64,000 nucleotides of DNA from Acutalibacteraceae bacterium (GTDB lineage: Bacteria > Bacillota > Clostridia > Oscillospirales > Acutalibacteraceae): positions 4,029 to 68,028 of the forward strand of contig JAZQJE010000031.1 in the NCBI GenBank assembly GCA_045541495.1, in the 5' to 3' direction. Of this stretch, positions 62,959-64,000 are shown piece after piece; the stretch's first letter is position 1; the number at the start of each line of letters is the position of its first letter. The notes beneath the pieces were generated by a model. It saw nothing but the letters and a program-made list of their open reading frames with translations, was not told where the DNA came from and did no database searches. Made by a program: the position numbers and the translations under genes.

Positions 62959-63030
62959 ATCGTCCCCTCCTTGCGTGAATATTTATTCCCGTTTTTATCC
63001 AAACTATGTGACGAAGGATGGTGTGACGGT

Positions 63031-64000
63031 ATGGCGAAAGGATTTCGGGGCGGGATCGTGTTATCCCACGTACAGGGAATGAAAGAGGCGGCCGCCGCTT
63101 GCCGTGTGCGGCGGTTATCCCCCACCATAACGGTGTTATCGCTTCGGCAACGTCACTTCTCTTTTTCCCCTTGTGTGAACGAGGGGGACGCCGTTTGTAT
63201 CGGTGATCGGTTGGCGGAAGATCCGTCGGGAGAGCTGCCGCCATTACACAGCGGCGTATCGGGGACGGTGACGATGGTGGGACAACCTTACCCCGCCGCT
63301 GACGGCGGCGAAGGGCCTTCTCTTATCATCGAAAACGACGGACAAGATACCATGGGAACACCGCTTACGCCGTTGCCCTTGGCTGCGGAGCCCGCCGCCA
63401 TCGTTAGGCGGATGTTTGACGGGGGATTGGTGGGATTGGGCGGCGGCGGATTTCCCACCCACCGCAAATACACCGCTGTTGCCGCCAAATGGTTGCTTAT
63501 CAACGGGTGCGAATGTGAGCCGTATTTGGCGGCGGATGTGCGATTGTGCATCGAACAACCCGAATTGATTGCCGAAGGCGCGCGGTATTTGGCAAAAGCG
63601 GCGGGAGTAAAAGAAACGGCGATCCGTTTGTGCGCCGAGTCGACAGACGCGGTGGCAGCTCTTCGCACCACGGGGTTGTCTGTGGTCTCTCTGCCTAAAC
63701 GATACCCACAAGGCAGTGAACGGCAACTGATACAGGCGGTACTCGGTATACGATTGCCCGACGGGGTGTTGCCGCCGAAACAGGGAATCATGGTATCCAA
63801 CGCCGCCACCGCCGCGGCCATGGCGGAGGCGGCACGGGGGTTGCCGCTGACACACCGCATTATAACCGTATCGGGACACGTGACAAGTCCCGTCAATCTG
63901 CTCGTTCCCATCGGTACGCCCTTTGAGGAAGTAGCGGCGCAGGTGACACCCGCCGCCAACGGGCGAATACGATATATTGCGGGTGGACCAATGACGGGGC
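63031..64000 (+). CDS. rnfC: Rnf electron transport complex subunit C (5' partial; runs off the window)
   Basis: Manual translation gives MAKGFRGGIVLSH...EGDAVCIGDRLAED...PLHSGVSGTV...GLGGGGFPTHRKY...LINGCECEPYL...VSGHVTSPVNLLVPIGTPF...GGPMTG. These are RnfC/SLBB motifs. It is absent from the ORF track because no stop codon falls within the window. Confidence 0.8.
   Translation, partial: MAKGFRGGIVLSHVQGMKEAAAACRVRRLSPTITVLSLRQRHFSFSPCVNEGDAVCIGDRLAEDPSGELPPLHSGVSGTVTMVGQPYPAADGGEGPSLIIENDGQDTMGTPLTPLPLAAEPAAIVRRMFDGGLVGLGGGGFPTHRKYTAVAAKWLLINGCECEPYLAADVRLCIEQPELIAEGARYLAKAAGVKETAIRLCAESTDAVAALRTTGLSVVSLPKRYPQGSERQLIQAVLGIRLPDGVLPPKQGIMVSNAATAAAMAEAARGLPLTHRIITVSGHVTSPVNLLVPIGTPFEEVAAQVTPAANGRIRYIAGGPMTG

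Noticed and set aside
62669-63959. Minus-strand ORFs 62669-63244, 63244-63879 and 63288-63959
   Set aside because: They are antisense to the rnfC reading frame, which shows strong RnfC motifs (GGGGFPTHRK, INGCECEPYL). They are Arg/Gly/Pro-rich high-GC artefacts.

Overview
This 64 kb window looks like mostly core chromosome of a Firmicutes/Clostridia-type bacterium. The evidence for that placement is AGGAGG-type ribosome-binding sites (RBS), TTGACA/TATAAT promoters, an IspH-S1 fusion, TmcAL, Rnf and PpdK. GC is roughly mid-50s % judged by eye, not computed.

Gene content in order:
- rpsL, facing a divergent wall/capsular polysaccharide locus: GT2, Wzy-like, Stealth phosphotransferase, a second glycosyltransferase, Wzx.
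- degV, a NodB deacetylase, and a gtrA / threonine aldolase / YczE-like operon.
- cysE-cysS behind a Cys-specific T-box leader.
- pgsA-rimO-recX-recA, with a LexA (Cheo) box upstream of recA.
- feoA-feoB plus a small Cys-rich gene, with three copies of a GTTAGC-N4-GCTAAC palindrome.
- ppdK, followed by two AT-richer single-gene cassettes (glycerate kinase, ICMT-like methyltransferase).
- A SorC-regulated aldolase / dehydrogenase / ribulokinase-like operon.
- A long minus-strand housekeeping array: malQ, nadE, pncA-like, glpQ-like, LCP, transporter, CBS, rlmH, MBL, murA, LUD, rpiB, ispH-S1, plsC, cmk, flavoprotein, rpiR.
- A DUF5685-like / J-domain / membrane-protein module.
- ackA, tmcAL, yfhO, an LMW phosphatase, murC, a Na/Pi cotransporter with Pho-box-like repeats, ydbS/ydbT-like PH-domain proteins, and the 5' part of rnfC.

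I found no CRISPR array, tRNA/rRNA gene, transposase, integrase or recognisable defence system.

The most unusual structure is a threefold repeat of the ppdK 3' coding tail plus its terminator. The copies bracket the two low-GC cargo genes, which suggests serial gene capture at the ppdK 3' end. Smaller observations:
- An in-frame TAA splits a small 4-Cys protein that is translationally coupled to tmcAL.
- The J-domain / DUF5685-like Cys-rich module has no known function.
- A non-canonical palindromic operator candidate sits in the feo locus.
- A Cys-less HMA-like ORF lies just after the cysS terminator.
- 11-bp inverted repeats flank the murA promoter.

Many ORF-track entries are antisense or N-terminally over-extended artefacts. 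Where RBS or overlap evidence allowed, I re-set the start codons.
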